A DNA stretch of 63,950 bases, the filler included, from Licmophora abbreviata (lineage: Eukaryota), in NCBI GenBank assembly GCA_900291995.1. It is 8 parts of 8 records of this genome, joined end to end, with 100 filler letters (N's around TTAATTAATTAA, not from the genome) between each part and the next. Parts side by side here need not be neighbours in the genome. Positions count along the whole stretch, not along the records: positions 18,005 to 38,151 come from OLMU01003275.1; 7 more parts are not named here. One strand, written 5' to 3'. Positions 22,670 through 35,862 of this stretch are shown here, one piece after another (position 1 is the first letter of the stretch; each line of letters starts with the position of its first letter). Both the position numbers and the translations under genes were made by a program. A model generated the notes under the pieces. The model saw nothing but the letters and a program-made list of their open reading frames with translations. It made no database searches and was not told the DNA's origin.

Positions 22670-23035
22670 ATTTTAGAGAAGGGTAGTTGAAAAGGTAGAG
22701 TTATCTTTGTCGCTGTGGCCTGTGAGATTTCTGTTTACACGGTAATGGCATCCGGCAAGGCGGCAAGGTCTCGGTACACTCTGTTCGACTACAAGGGAAT
22801 CGTTTGTATATTATGCATTCAACCTGCTCACCATTGCCAGAAAGAAAATTTAAAAGACACGACAGCGCCGCAAACGCCCAGGCAATTAGGAGGTTCACTC
22901 AATCAAACGTCTCTAAAGTAAAGTCAGCTTATCGATTTCCGTCTTTTGTAATCACCCACTGATCGTTTTGTGCGAAGCACGACAAAAAGCACGACGTTCT
23001 TGACAAATATGCAAGTCACTCGGTCCTTGACACGC

Positions 23036-26000
23036 TTACATGGTAGGAGCCATCATTTGGGGAGGCATACCGTTCGTAGGAGGCATTCCATTTTGCATGC
23101 CGCCAGGTGGCATCATACCAGGCTGCATCATACCCGGCTGTGCGAAGCCCGACATGTCCACTCCTCCAGCCGGAGGCATGCCCATGCTCGGACCACCGTT
23201 CTCAAGCATCAGCATTCCTCCACCGAAACCGCCAAGGTTGCCATAGGTCTGTGCAATGGCCCCTTGCGCTGTCTCTTCTTCTTTTGGTGGTGCCGTACGC
23301 TCTTCCAGAGCCTGCAAACGGAGGTGCGTCTGACGGAATGTCTGGATGAAGAACGGCATGACGAAGTTGTGGTAGCCGTTGAGCCATCCCAACTCAAGCG
23401 CCACGTCGGGGCTGACATGAGAAAAGCACGTGTACAAAGCAGAACTGAAGCACTCCTTCTCTGATGTTTCGCAGAAGAAACGGAGAAGACCCTCAATGAT
23501 CTCGGCATCTGCCGATTCGTTCGCAGTGTCGATGCAGTCCTTCCACATTTTGTCGTTCTTGGATAGTTCAATAGACTGCGTCCACTTCTTGTTGCATCGG
23601 TAAACGTAAGCAGAAATACGGCGGAACTCCAAAAGCTCATGCGTGGAAAGCTTCGACGCAAGAGCAATCATGTTGAAGTTGTTATAGCTGTCGATAGATT
23701 TGCGAAGCGACTCGTAGTCCTCGTCCTCGGTGTACAGCTGGAAAGTGCAAAGAGCGACACGGTTAGGATGGAACTTGCTCAGTACGCAGAATATGTCTCC
23801 CCACCACAAACACGTACCTCGTTCAGCGCCTCGTTCACCTGGCTCAAATTCAACTTCTGGACCGACTTCATGTACGGTTGACCAAGCTGCAATGCCCAGT
23901 CGCCTGTTCGTCGCAGCTGGGTCACGGTGCGCGAATGGTCCACATGCTCCTCAAGAACTTCCATGAGCCGTGTGAAAAGCGTGGGGTGCGTCGTAAGATA
24001 GTATCCAATCGCCTTGTACATAACTTCGGCATTTCGGACTTTCGAAATCGAGTCGAGGAACAAGTCGTTCTGCCATGCTGGAGCACGCTCCATCATAACC
24101 TTAACAGCATTGTCGTGCTGCTTGTCCTGCATGTACAAGTAGACAGCCGGCTCCCACAATCTCGCACGCTCGCAAGCGCGAACAAGCTTAGAGACATTTA
24201 GCTTGCTGAAGAATACCTTGCAATGTTCCATGACCTTCTCCGGTACATGCTTCGTGTACAAGACGCCCAACTCCGTGAAAATTCCAATGTGGGCATCCTC
24301 CAAGCCAAGTCCTTGCTCGAACAACGAGACGAGGTGCGTGAAACGTCCAAGATCAGAGTAGTACGTAACAACTTCGTCCACGTGGTCTGGGTATTTGATG
24401 ACCTCGAGGCCGCAAGTTGCAGCCAGTCGGAACTCCTCGGCTCGCAGACAGGCGAAACACACGGCCTTCCAGGTCGACACATTGTTCGCTTTCTGGGCGG
24501 CGGCAACGGCCTCTCGGTACTCCTCGAGATGAATATGACAAAGAGCCAGCTTGGAGTTGTTGTTGATATTGATGTACAGGATCTTTGCGGCTTGGTACAT
24601 TCCCTCCGAGAAGCATCGATCGCCAATAACTTGGATGTTCGAGACATTTGGCCCGTTGACGAACTTCTCCATTTCCGAAAGATTGTTCGTCTTGGCGTAC
24701 GCGTAGATGAGCTCCGTGTCGAGCAGGTTCTCCTGGAGAGTCTTGCGCGCCATCTTGAGGAAAGGGATGAGCTCAGGCCAAATCTCGGCCTCGTTCGCCG
24801 CGTCGCAAACCTTGACATACTCGCTGGGGTCCTCGGCGCTGATGAAACTCTCGATCGCATCGGCTGGGAATCCTTCCTCGAGCTGAGCCTGGCCTAGCTT
24901 GGACCAGACAGGCTTGGCGTCGCACTGTGTTGCGTATGTCTTTGCACGTTCGAGATCCTTCATGTAGTCTACTAGGACACCAACAGCAAGAACCTGCATC
25001 TCGACCTGTTCGTCCGCGTCAGCCGTGAACTCAGGCTTGGAGAACTTGACGTAGATGTTGTAACCTTCTTCGTACAGCATGTGGTTCTCGGATACACAAA
25101 TAAGAGCAATGTCCTTGGCGTCAAAGTTGTCGAGCTGATCAATGTATCCGGCAACACGAGTACTATCAGCGCGGATAGCAGTGAGAATGAGCAGGTTCTG
25201 AAGATTCTTGTTGTCCGAGAAGTCAGATCCCTGGAGAATGATTCTCTCGAGCAGGCTGATTAGCTCTCCGGGGAGGTCGGCGGCCATGAAAGCCTTTACC
25301 GTGCATGAAACCTCGTCGGCATTGGTACTCTCAGGCAAGGCCCACTCCACAATCTGATCAATGAGCTGACGGCGCTGCGGGTCCTCCTTTCCTTCCTCTT
25401 CGCCCTCTTCCTTGTTCAACACCTTGGCCCACAACTCGAGGTCCTGTCGTTCAACAAGGTACTTGGAGAGATCCCGGTAGAGGCCGTGGGTGTGAGAGAT
25501 CGCAATGAGCTCATCATCACACTCGCCGGCTCCCTTCTTGTACGCCACGAAAGCAAGCTGAGGATCAAGAGCCTCGCAATAAGGCCCAAGAACCTTCGGA
25601 TCGTAGAACATGTTGTTCAACAAGAACGATTTCGGATCTCGATTGAGTGTAATGTAAATCTTTCCGAGGGCATTGTGGGTTCCGGGTTCCGAGCTGCCGG
25701 TCGCAACACGGGCTTCGAGCCAGGGCTGCAACATACGAAGACGGTTGCGGGTCTCCGCAATCTCGACAAGCTCATCGACGGGGCAAGCAGTTCCCACAGC
25801 CATCAAAAGACGTTTGATGAAGTCCTCGTTGGCACCGAGATCGAACAGTTTTCCAACAACCTGGGGCGTCTTCTGGGGCGAAACCTTGGTCACATACACC
25901 TCAATGTACTGGAGTAGACTGTTCAGGTATAGGTACTCCGTGAGCTCATCCACATAATCATATCGATCGCACACGTGGATCAAAGGACGAGGGTCGGGAA

Positions 26001-28819
26001 GCTTCGCTCCCTTCAAATAATCCTTTACTTCCTCAGGTACGTAGATGTTCGAGTCACGGCACACACGCTCCGCCTCCTTGAATTGCCCGAGCATGCACGA
26101 CGACTGAATGTATTTGAAGTGGACAAACGGATCCTCAGAGACATTGACGATCGCTCCAAGGTAGTAGTAGAGACCCTCAGTCGCCTTGGCATTCTCAAAG
26201 ACGCCAATCAACTCTTCCGATCCGAGCTCGTCGTGGTATTTCTTTGCCACTTCAACACAGACCTGCATGTTCTGTGGGCCGCGCGACATCATATCCTTCA
26301 ACAAGGCAATGCTCTGCTCTCGGTTCAACTTTCCAAAGTAGCTCACAACGAATTCCGGGTTCATCTGGTGGCTGTTCTTGAACACACGCTTGATGTCCGC
26401 AATCTCAGTGTAGTGTTCAGCGGCACGTTGCCACATACCGGCACGTTCGCAGAGCTTTCCAATGTGCGGACGATCGTAGTGGGTTAAGATGCCCTGCTGC
26501 ATGATTGCGTCAGCCACCTGCGGAGCGCCGCCAATCAAGTTGATCTCCAACAGCTTCGTCTGCAGGTAGGCGTGTTCCGGCTTGTTGTCCTTGAGAGCTT
26601 CCAAGAGAAAAGCAGTCGTCTCTTGAACCCGGTTACTGCTCAAGAACGCTTCCGCGGTTGCTTGAATGTCGATCAGCGGACCTCCCTCAGCGTTGACGAG
26701 TCCCTTGGCGAGATCGAGAGCGCCCTGTGGGTTGTTGAAGAGGAGTTGACTGAGCATCTGCGAGTAATCCATTTTGAATCCGACGCTGGTGGAGTAAGGG
26801 ACAATCTTATCGTACTCGCCACGCTGCACAAAGCACTGAATAGCCTTGGCGTGACAGTTGGCGCGAAGGTAAACGCTCAACGCCATGCCTGAGTCCAATG
26901 GCATGATAAGATCACCAAGCTCCTCCGAACACTCAAGCTTGTCGTCCTTCAACCACTTCTCCATCAACTGAGGACGTCCCTGCTGAAGGACTGGTTTGGC
27001 CAGCTCAAGACTCTCCTGTGCGTTGAGACGACCAGTTTCCAACAACGTCGAAAAGTACTGAAAGACAGGCTGGGGCTGACCAGGCTGTGCCGGGATCTGC
27101 TGAAACCGAGCAATGGTCGCCGGCGTCCGAAGCGCCGTCCCACTTGCAGCCACCAATTTAGCGGCTTCCACGACATTACCCGAGGAGATGAGGCGCTCAA
27201 ATTCAGCGGCATAGAGATTCTCGGCGCCTGGCAGATTGAGACGTCCCGAGACCTTAATGGCCAAATCGTTGTCGCGCAACGTCGAGACAATGTAGGGAAC
27301 CAGCGTCTGGGCGTTGAGCTGAAGGCGGAAGACCTGGCCCTTGCGCACCGTAATACCAAAGACAGCCCCCGTTGACTCTTGGGCGCACGTGACGAAGACG
27401 GTGTCGTTGGTGATCTTGGCCCGGTACAGAGTCTTTCCGGAGTGAATATCGAACAAGTAGGCATAGCCCATCTTGGTCAGCAAGAAGGCCAGGTCGTCCT
27501 TCTGGTCGACGACGAGGCTGACCGGAAAGTCAGATGCCGCATCCGCCGGCACCGGAATACTGGTCGGTGGCAAACGGAATGGAGCACCCTTGGAAGGATC
27601 ACGACCAACTTCCATTACAAAGAGCTTGGGTGGCTCTCCTGGTGGACTGTCGGCCTTCTTTTCGTGGAATACTAAGACCTGCGCAGGATCTTCGCGACCT
27701 ACGAGCTGGATCTTGGCAAAGCCAGCAGCATGTCCCTGAAGAGGTTGGGAAACCTTCTTCTCGATGCTGTAGAGCTGCATATTTCCATTGACGGCACCTC
27801 CGGCACCTGCCGAGATACCTCCAAGGACGCACCACTTGCCATCGGGGGAGACCTTGTAGTTGATGATCTGGGTACTAGGCCCGAGGGTGGTGTGGCGATC
27901 GAAGACCTTCTCTGGCGCAGAAGTTCCATCAAGCGCCCAGTGGTAGACGGAGGTGGCGGTGATGAGACCGAGGTTGGTGGGACTGGTCCACTTCCAGAAG
28001 ACGAGAGCTTCGGACATGGTATGGGACTTGACCTTGGCCTTTGCGTCGAGGTTGAAGATCTGAAGCGTGGTACCAGATCGAAGAGCAAGAATGCTCTGCG
28101 ATGGGTTCATGATGGCCGCCTCGGCCTGAATAGGACGACGAGTGACCTGCGCTCCGTTCTGCAGGTCGATAAGGGTGACCTGGTTGGACTCGCAGCAGAC
28201 AATCCACTTGTCCGACTCCATCGTGGTCATCCCATGCTTGACTGAGGTTTCTGGCACCCCAAGTTGTTGGAGCTGCAGTAGAACATGCGCGAGAGACAAG
28301 ATGGTGAGAGACAAGAAGCAAATCAGCGAGTTCTTTCGAAACTTGCCCCGCCAGTGGAAGCCGGAAGGTGGTCCAGCATCCTGTTGCTAGTGGTAAATCT
28401 AGCAACATGGCTGCTTCCCGCATCCTCATGTCACACCCAGAACCCCGTGCGCCCACCGTAGAGTCGCAATAGGCTCATTGTAGGGATCAGATCTTGCTGG
28501 CAGGAGGTTCGCGGTACCGAAGCAATGCGCGAGCCGCTCCAGTCGCCGTTGGCGATTGACCGACGATTTCTGATCTTTGCCAAGGCACCCACACGGTGGA
28601 CAGCAAGCAAGACAACAAGACTGACAGACAACGCCCATTTCACACGGAAAGGCCGCCGTGGATACACAAGGAACGCCATGGAGCGGTTTGCCGCAGGCCT
28701 GAGTCCGTTGACTTTCTGGTACGTAACCTGCGTAGAAAGCTGCGCAGGGTGGGGCCAAAATTATCAGGCGCAAATGGACTTACGTTGAGAGCCTCAGTAA
28801 AGGTGATTGGAACAGACAT
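23036..28819 (-). CDS. CHC: Clathrin heavy chain; 3 exons
   Basis: 36-nt first exon MSVPITFTEALN (28784-28819), 511-nt intron, main exon 23818-28272 (TMESDKWI, RRPIQAEAAIMNP, LQTKLLEINL, NLQNLLILTAI), intron 23738-23817, last exon with G/M/P-rich tail. Confidence 0.97.
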
Positions 28820-29328
28820 GATGGCGTTTCAAGCGAATGCGATTACTTGGCTGCTCTAGCGACAGAAGAGAGCGGTTGGCAAGGGTGGGTGAGCCTTGCT
28901 TCGCCTTTCTCACGGTCGTCGTGTGCTGCGTTGTTTGGCTTTCGCTTTTGTGCTGGCTCGTGTTTCAAAGATCCAAGATCCCGGAGTAGAACTCTACGAG
29001 ATTCAGTACCAGAACGAAGGGACGGTCACTCGCAATGACCGTCCTTGAAGGGAGGCGACACACGGACCATTCAACGGATGGAAAGATTATTCTCATCCAG
29101 ATTTGTACATTTTGAGTATGATCCATGCGTTGTGGAAAAACGACTACTTTGACTCAAAGGATGGTTTGGCGCCAACCAAAAAAAGAGAAGAGCGAAAGTT
29201 GATGATTGATGATCGGTATAATCGATGATCGTCGATGTTGCAGAGACTGGGGTTTGGTTCTCTCCTTGATGCATCAAAAACCTCTGCTCCAATTTTCACT
29301 CGGCTGAATTCGCTTTTGTAGAGGAACG

Positions 29329-30726
29329 ATGAGAAAATCGATCCTCTGCGCGGTTTGCTTGCCTGTAGCCTGGACGCACTCTCTTCTGCATCAGAATCAG
29401 AGATTGGTGGTGCCACCTCAACAGAGAAACCAGGCGTCTATTGCCGCGCCACTGTATCTTGCCGCATATTCGCAAAATTCAGAGAGTGATTCAAAAAAGT
29501 CGGACAACCAGAACCCTTCTCCCTTTCCAGGTCTACTGAAATCCTTGGATGATTCCTTTGCCTACGAGGGCCGTTTGCCGTCAGCCTCGTCCGATGATAC
29601 GCCCTTTCGATGCGGTTTTGCATGCATTGTCGGGGCTCCCAACATGGGAAAATCGACTCTGATGAACGCGCTGCTAGAGGAAGACTTGTGTGTTGCCACA
29701 CGCCGGCCACAGACAACCCGTCACGCCATTCTCGGAGTCTTAACGACTGCCTCGCGTCAACTCTGTTTGGTCGATACACCAGGGATCATTGACGAGCCAG
29801 CGTACAAACTGCAAGAAGGAATGATGGAAGCTGTCATGGGAGCATTTCACGATGCTGATGTGCTGGTCGTAGTGACGGACTGCTTCAGTACGCCCATTCC
29901 AAACGATGATGTATTCGACAAGGTACGACGCAGTCGGAAACCTATTATCGTTGTCATCAATAAGATGGATCTATTGGATCAGGTCAATGTCGAACTCAAG
30001 CAACAAGAAGACAAGGAGAAAACTGTGAGTGTACAGGAGGCTGTAACAAGATGGCGATCACTACTTCAACAGGCAATGGCCATCATTCCGGTTTCGGCAT
30101 CGGAGGGAACGAGCAACGTGGGCGTCTCTGCGCTGCGTCGAATTTTACTAGGAGAACCCGATGTGCCGGCTGCTCTCCGGAACCTTGGACGACCCATTCC
30201 AGGCATGTTTCGCGACAACAGCAGAACTGTCTCCGACGAAGAAGCTCTGAGTCTGTTGCCACTTGGCCCGCCGCTCTACGATAGGGAGACTTTGACTGAT
30301 CGCCCGGAACGCTTCTTTGCTTCGGAAATGATTCGTGCGGCTCTGTTCCGCAAGCTAAAAAAGGAACTTCCGTATTGTTGCGAAGTACGCGTCACTGAGT
30401 TCAAGGAGTCGTCCGATATCATTCGGATGAAGGCGACCGTGTATGTAGAGCGAGATTCGCAGAAGGCAATCGTCATAGGAAAAGGCGGAGTAGTGATTAA
30501 GGAAGTAGGGATAGATGCACGTAAGCAGCTCGAAGACTTCTTTCGGACCCAGGTGAGGGTGCATATTGTTTATTGTTACAATGTGGAGTGCGCCGCTTCC
30601 CTGGATTCTGCCTCATTCCCGTTCCTGATCGATTCAATTCAGGTTTATCTCGAGCTCAATGTGAAGGTTGACAAGGATTGGAGGAGGAACGAAGTGAGAC
30701 TGAAAGAGCTTGGGTACCTACGATGA
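29329..30726 (+). CDS. era: Era GTPase (organellar, with presequence); 2 exons
   Basis: G1 GAPNMGKS, PQTTRH, G3 DTPG, G4 NKMD, KH domain ELPY..ERDSQKAIVIGKGG; intron 30553-30642. Confidence 0.93.
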   Translation: MRKSILCAVCLPVAWTHSLLHQNQRLVVPPQQRNQASIAAPLYLAAYSQNSESDSKKSDNQNPSPFPGLLKSLDDSFAYEGRLPSASSDDTPFRCGFACIVGAPNMGKSTLMNALLEEDLCVATRRPQTTRHAILGVLTTASRQLCLVDTPGIIDEPAYKLQEGMMEAVMGAFHDADVLVVVTDCFSTPIPNDDVFDKVRRSRKPIIVVINKMDLLDQVNVELKQQEDKEKTVSVQEAVTRWRSLLQQAMAIIPVSASEGTSNVGVSALRRILLGEPDVPAALRNLGRPIPGMFRDNSRTVSDEEALSLLPLGPPLYDRETLTDRPERFFASEMIRAALFRKLKKELPYCCEVRVTEFKESSDIIRMKATVYVERDSQKAIVIGKGGVVIKEVGIDARKQLEDFFRTQVRVHIVYCYNVECAASLDSASFPFLIDSIQVYLELNVKVDKDWRRNEVRLKELGYLR

Positions 30727-30859
30727 TATTGAAATCCAGATATCAAAAGCTGTTGACTTAAATTCGCCATTGTCAGCTATGTGAGCGTCGGCGAGCTACT
30801 ACTGTACCTAGCCGGCCACTCTCTTCCCCTTGACTCCAAATGAAATGTTCCCCAGGCCC

Positions 30860-32630
30860 TTAGACCATGCGTGCTCGCTTCGCGACATTTTCTTCTTGGT
30901 CGTCGACGTCCGTTGGATCCGGTCCTATATCTTCACCACCATCAAGACCGGCGGCCGGTACTCCCATTGGCAATACACCACCCGCCTGCTGAAAGTGTGC
31001 CATAGTGTGCTGGTAGAGTTGTGGCAGCATCATGCTCTGTTGCTGTTGTTGTTGTTGCTGCTGCTGCTGCTGCCACTGTCCCATGTCATGCTGTCCTGTC
31101 GACGGAAGTCCGTGATTCTGCTTCTGCTGCTGAGCAGCTGCTTCTCCCGCTGTGACTGGCGTGCCGGGGGGATATTGCCCCCCTGGGTATTGTAATTGAG
31201 ATTGTGCTTGTCCATACTGAGGAGCCGGCCAGTTCATCTGATGCGTGGCCATTTGTTGTTGCTGCTGACGCTGCTGCATTTGGAAGAAGTACTGCTGCTG
31301 GGATTTGAGAGCATTCTGATGGGCCGAATAAGTGGGCCCGTTGTTAGGGTAGAAGTGCTGGGAAACCTCCACGCCGGCCCGACCACCACCGTCCGAAGGT
31401 GGAATCCCAATCGGTGTGAACCCCTGGGTACCGATTGTTTCTGGGCCTTCGTAGTCAGCGGCGTGATCCAGCCACTGGATTCCATTTCCTTTGCACGACA
31501 CCTTGGCGAGAAAGGTGCGTGACTCCGGGATTTCGTAAATGTCATCGCCATACCACCCGTATCCTTCATCCTGGACACCTCCCGAAGATAGGGCGTCCTT
31601 ATCACCTTCCTTCGATGGATTCTCGTCCGCCTCTTTCTCGTTTTCGGCACTTTCTTGGTCCCCTTCTTCCTCCGACAACGGCTTGCTCGGAGCGGCGACC
31701 ACTGTGGACGGGTCGGTGGTTTCCAGCGCACTGAGAAGCACGTACACGGTGCACCAGGGCAGAAACTTATGCTTGTGACGTTCGCGGCAATAGGAACGGG
31801 TCCGGTTCGTCTTCTTGCACGCCGAACAAACTGGCGTCTTGCTATCAAAGGGCTTCGTGATGCAGAAGGGTTGCCACTGTACCATTCGAACCGTGAGAGG
31901 TTTTTCAATGTACTCCCCGGATTCATCGGTGCACGAGTCATCAAGAGTCATGCAAATGTAGGCTGGCGACCAAGGAGCAGCTGTGTGGCCATTGCGTACG
32001 CGGCACATGTCCCGTGTCTTGTAGTTCTTCTTGCACTTCTCGCAGACGGGGAGTCGAGAATCGGGAAACTTGATGTTCAATGTTTGTTTGAATCCAGGAG
32101 GCGTAAAAGCTAGTACGTTGCCGTGAGAAATAGCTTGGGGGTACAACATTTGCTAAGAATATGGAAAGAAACATGGTATGATAGCATGTTAGCATTCACT
32201 ATATCCAATGTGGAGATACACCCGGCAAATAGGTACGATGCGAGCTCCCAGAGAAATTAACGTGTACGTAAGAATCAGTACGACTTCTACGCGTTCTCAT
32301 CACAAAAAAGCTACAAAACTGAGTGGCTCATGAGAAGCGGCGACGATGGGCCAGCGCGTTGATCGATGACACGTACGCACGATGAAAACACCCCGGATTG
32401 CTTTATGACAGGACATTCTTGCCACTCTACACCTCCGCGGCAGTTCCGGGGTGAAACTAGGGCTTGCTCATTGGCAGGGGCGCGCAAAAGACGACGAAAT
32501 CCGTCGCAGAGACCCTTGAATGGCTCCGCCGTACAATTTTACAGAGACAAGTAGCCACAAGATACGTCGGGATGCCCGAACTCACCTTGCTGTCCGTGCG
32601 GAACGTCGAATACGGTGGAAGACTCGACAT
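30860..32630 (-). CDS. Uncharacterised putative zinc-finger transcription factor with poly-Q tail; 2 exons
   Basis: 45-nt exon MSSLPPYSTFRTDSK (32586-32630), 433-nt intron, then two CxxC-x9-C-x5-H-x3-PW modules, acidic stretch, poly-Q and C-terminal KRAR. Confidence 0.75.
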
Positions 32631-33023
32631 GGTGTATTCTCGTTGTTTCTTCCCGGAAGATCTTCCTTGGTCCTGATCTCGCTTCCCCTTTCGTCGGAGG
32701 TCACGTTCGTAGACAAGGAGCGAGCGAGGACGCCATGGAGATAAGAATTGTGAGACAAAATTTTCGCAGCTGCTAGAAATTTTGCATCAACGGCCCTGAT
32801 CTCCGGGTTTCTTCGAAAGGCTCTAGCAAACCGCCAAATGACCCAAAAAATTGCAAAAAGACGGCAAAACGCAAAACAGCCCATGATGACCGCGATCCAG
32901 CATATCGTACATGTAATGCAGTGATACGAACAAGCCTTCGTGCACTCTTGAGAGCTCAAGAAGCAAACAAACTACTGTTGATTGGGTTTCCTGGGTGATA
33001 TAGCTAGACTGGAAAAGTCGAAA

Positions 33024-34690
33024 ATGGGTCGCTCTCGTCGACATTCGCCTCCGACTCTTCAGTCTTGGGATGAACTTCTGAGCGATGTTGAGGCCGAGAT
33101 GACTGCGGAACAGGAGCGAAAGCCTCGTTTGTCTGCAGCATTTCGTCCGGCTTACAGTCGACCGCTACTCATTGGAGCGATATGCCTTGTTCTGGTTTCG
33201 TGGTTGGGTTCGAATGATGTACAGGTTGTGTCTACGCGAAAGGGCACAGAAACGAGCTTCCAACGGTCATCAGGAACGTCGCAGCAGGGTCGAATGCCAG
33301 AAGGGTCTTCGTCAACCAGAAAACCGCACCAAATCAGTGTCCCACCCCCTTCGGAGAGTGGGAGCTCCGGGGTGCATACCTTTACCCAGAATCAAGCATT
33401 CCAGCACCACTTCCAGAGTCACAAACCGCTTCTTCCAACATGTCTCCTTTGTCACCAGAGTCGTTGTCGAAGACTCATCGAATACTTTCCCTTGGAGGGT
33501 CGACCACATGGGGAGCTAAGATTGAATCAAGAGCCGACGCTTACCCTCTAGTTCTGGCTGAACGGCTTGGGCAAAACTGGACAGCCGTGAACTTGGCTGT
33601 GCGTGCGGCAGGAGCGTCGTATGCCAGCCAATGCATTGAAACGACGATTCGAGAGGGAGCACCACAGTCAGATGATAATGTGGAGTTTGACGTGATTCTG
33701 CTAGAGTATTCACTGAACGGTCTAGAAGGAATGGAACTCTTGCTGGAACGTCTTCAACGACGATACCCCAAGGCCATTTTCATCTACGTGCACCTCTATT
33801 CCCTCCGCATGTCTGTACACAATACCATAACGAACGAACAGCCGCGGCAGATTCTCAATGAAGGTCTCAAGTTCACGGAAGCGGACGAGAAGATTACGAG
33901 TATGTTGGCCAATCCAGCCGCTGCGTGGTCGTGGTCTGACAGCATGGTTGAAGAATCGAGACAAGTCAGTATCGACGCGACGCAAACCATGTCCAAGCTG
34001 AATGGCTATGTTTATGAGTTCCCGAGGCCTGACACGCCACAGCAGGCTATGGATGAACATTGGTTTGGGCAGGACTACCACCACCTGAGTGCAAAGGGCC
34101 ACGACATGGTGGCATCAGGTATTCTCGATTTGCTACAACGGCCTGGAACGAGTGCGCAGCCACAGACTGAGCTCCGTTTCCAAGATCATACCTGGGGCAA
34201 GGGCGACCAGTGCTACTCTTGGTACGAAACTGGCGAGAGTCCCTCTGTGAAAATTAGGGGAGGAACGATGAAGATGTTCGTCAAACCTGACAAGTGGGCT
34301 TTGCATGTGGGTCAGCGCTTTGGTGCAGAGGCATCGATGGAGTTCCCAAATACCTCCCAAGATGCGCAACCGGTCGAGCTGTTTCTGATGACCTGGGGAG
34401 ATCCTTCGATATACCCACACTCAACAGTCACACTCAAAGCCTCTGGCGATGATGCCACAGACAGCAGCATGATTCTCGACCCTCTGCATCCCGTCCTGTC
34501 TCAACGAATTTATCACATTACTCAAACGATTCATATTGGATGGGCAAAGCCCGGAACGAACAGCCTACGAATACTGCCGAACGAAACAACTGAGCGACCT
34601 CTACGCGTGACAGGCTTAGTAATGTGCGGGGCCTGCGTGGAGATGGACGGTTCGTATTTGAACGTAGCCGTACCAGACGATGCATCGTAA
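33024..34690 (+). CDS. Type II membrane SGNH/GDSL hydrolase-like protein; probable frameshift between about 33220 and 33400
   Basis: TM anchor in frame 1 (LLIGAICLVLVSWLG); frame 2 has SLGGSTTWG, NLAVRAAG, DVILLEYSLN and DYHHLSAKGH. Confidence 0.7.
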
Positions 34691-34829
34691 CAGGCCCAGA
34701 CGCAAATCAGTGCACAAACAACGATCATTATAGCAAGTGCTTCTCAACATTGAGTGAACAGAGGCGTCCCGTTCTCACCCTTACAAATTTCCATCTCTTC
34801 TGGTAACAACTGCTTCTATCAGACACTTT

Positions 34830-35436
34830 CTAGCAAAATTTGATTCCGTCTTCTGATGACGTATCTCCCTTGAAGACGGTGCATTTTCCTTGGTCTTGCA
34901 GTATGTCTAACGCTCTCCGTAGCAATTCTTCGTCAGCTCCCTGGAACGACATGCCATTGACATCTTCTCCTGAATGTAGCTCATAAACGGTGCAAACACT
35001 ATTGACATACCCATTCACCTCAGCCCATCCATAAATATCCGATGCGAGTTGCTCTGGTTTCCTCCAGAGAATTCGACACCGTGTATGTCGTGAATCTTCC
35101 CATTCGCCATGTCCTCTCTGACAAAAGTCCTCCATTATCGTAGAAACTGCTTCGGCATTGAGCGATCTACCAACGGCATCGTTCTTCCACAATTTGCACT
35201 CATGTACGATCAGAGTTTTGATTTTCAAGTCTGTGTGATACTTAAGAATGAGCTCTCTCCAGAGTCCGAGTTGTTTTTCACGGGTGACGAGGACAGGCTG
35301 AATGGTGAAGAAGGGAGGGAACGAATAAAACTCTGGAAACTGATGGGGGCGACAGACGAGTGAGGAAACAGCAAACGAAACCGCGAATGAGCCTGTCATT
35401 CGGTTTGGAACGCACCTCAAAGTCTTCTCGACTCAT
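34830..35436 (-). CDS. VPS25: ESCRT-II subunit Vps25; 2 exons
   Basis: MSREDFE|FPEFYSFPPFFTIQP, ILWRKPE, VCTVYEL, DGIKF; intron 35340-35415. Confidence 0.94.
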
Positions 35437-35862
35437 GATGGCTCGAATCTCTGCTCGAGCTGGCTCTTTTGGGGCTCTCGATACAGACACAAAGGATCAA
35501 ACAGATGAGCACAGCTGTTGGTCGGTGCCGACACTCTTGCTTTTTCATGGTCGGGGAACGGCGAAGCACAGAAAAAATTGATGAGGCTGGTCACGAGGTC
35601 GTTCTGCCTAAACAAGTGAGGGAGTGACAACAGAGCTCGAACGGTACGAGCGCCGTCCGTCCCACGTTTCGAAAGTCGCGAGAGTGATGAGTGGATTGAT
35701 TGATTTGATTCATTCATGTGCTCCTGGTCGAGTCACAGTCGCGACGCGGCACGGAGAAAAAAAACTATGATGTGGACGCCGTTTGATGCGATCTATCCTC
35801 GGCCCGTCGCCATGGAGCTTGCTTGATTCTTCAGTGGTACCCTCGGTGAAAACTGCGAAGAA

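Noticed and set aside
31039..31075. CAG/CAA microsatellite (also the GAT run near 56480)
   Set aside because: Coding poly-Q and poly-D low-complexity tracts, not independent elements.
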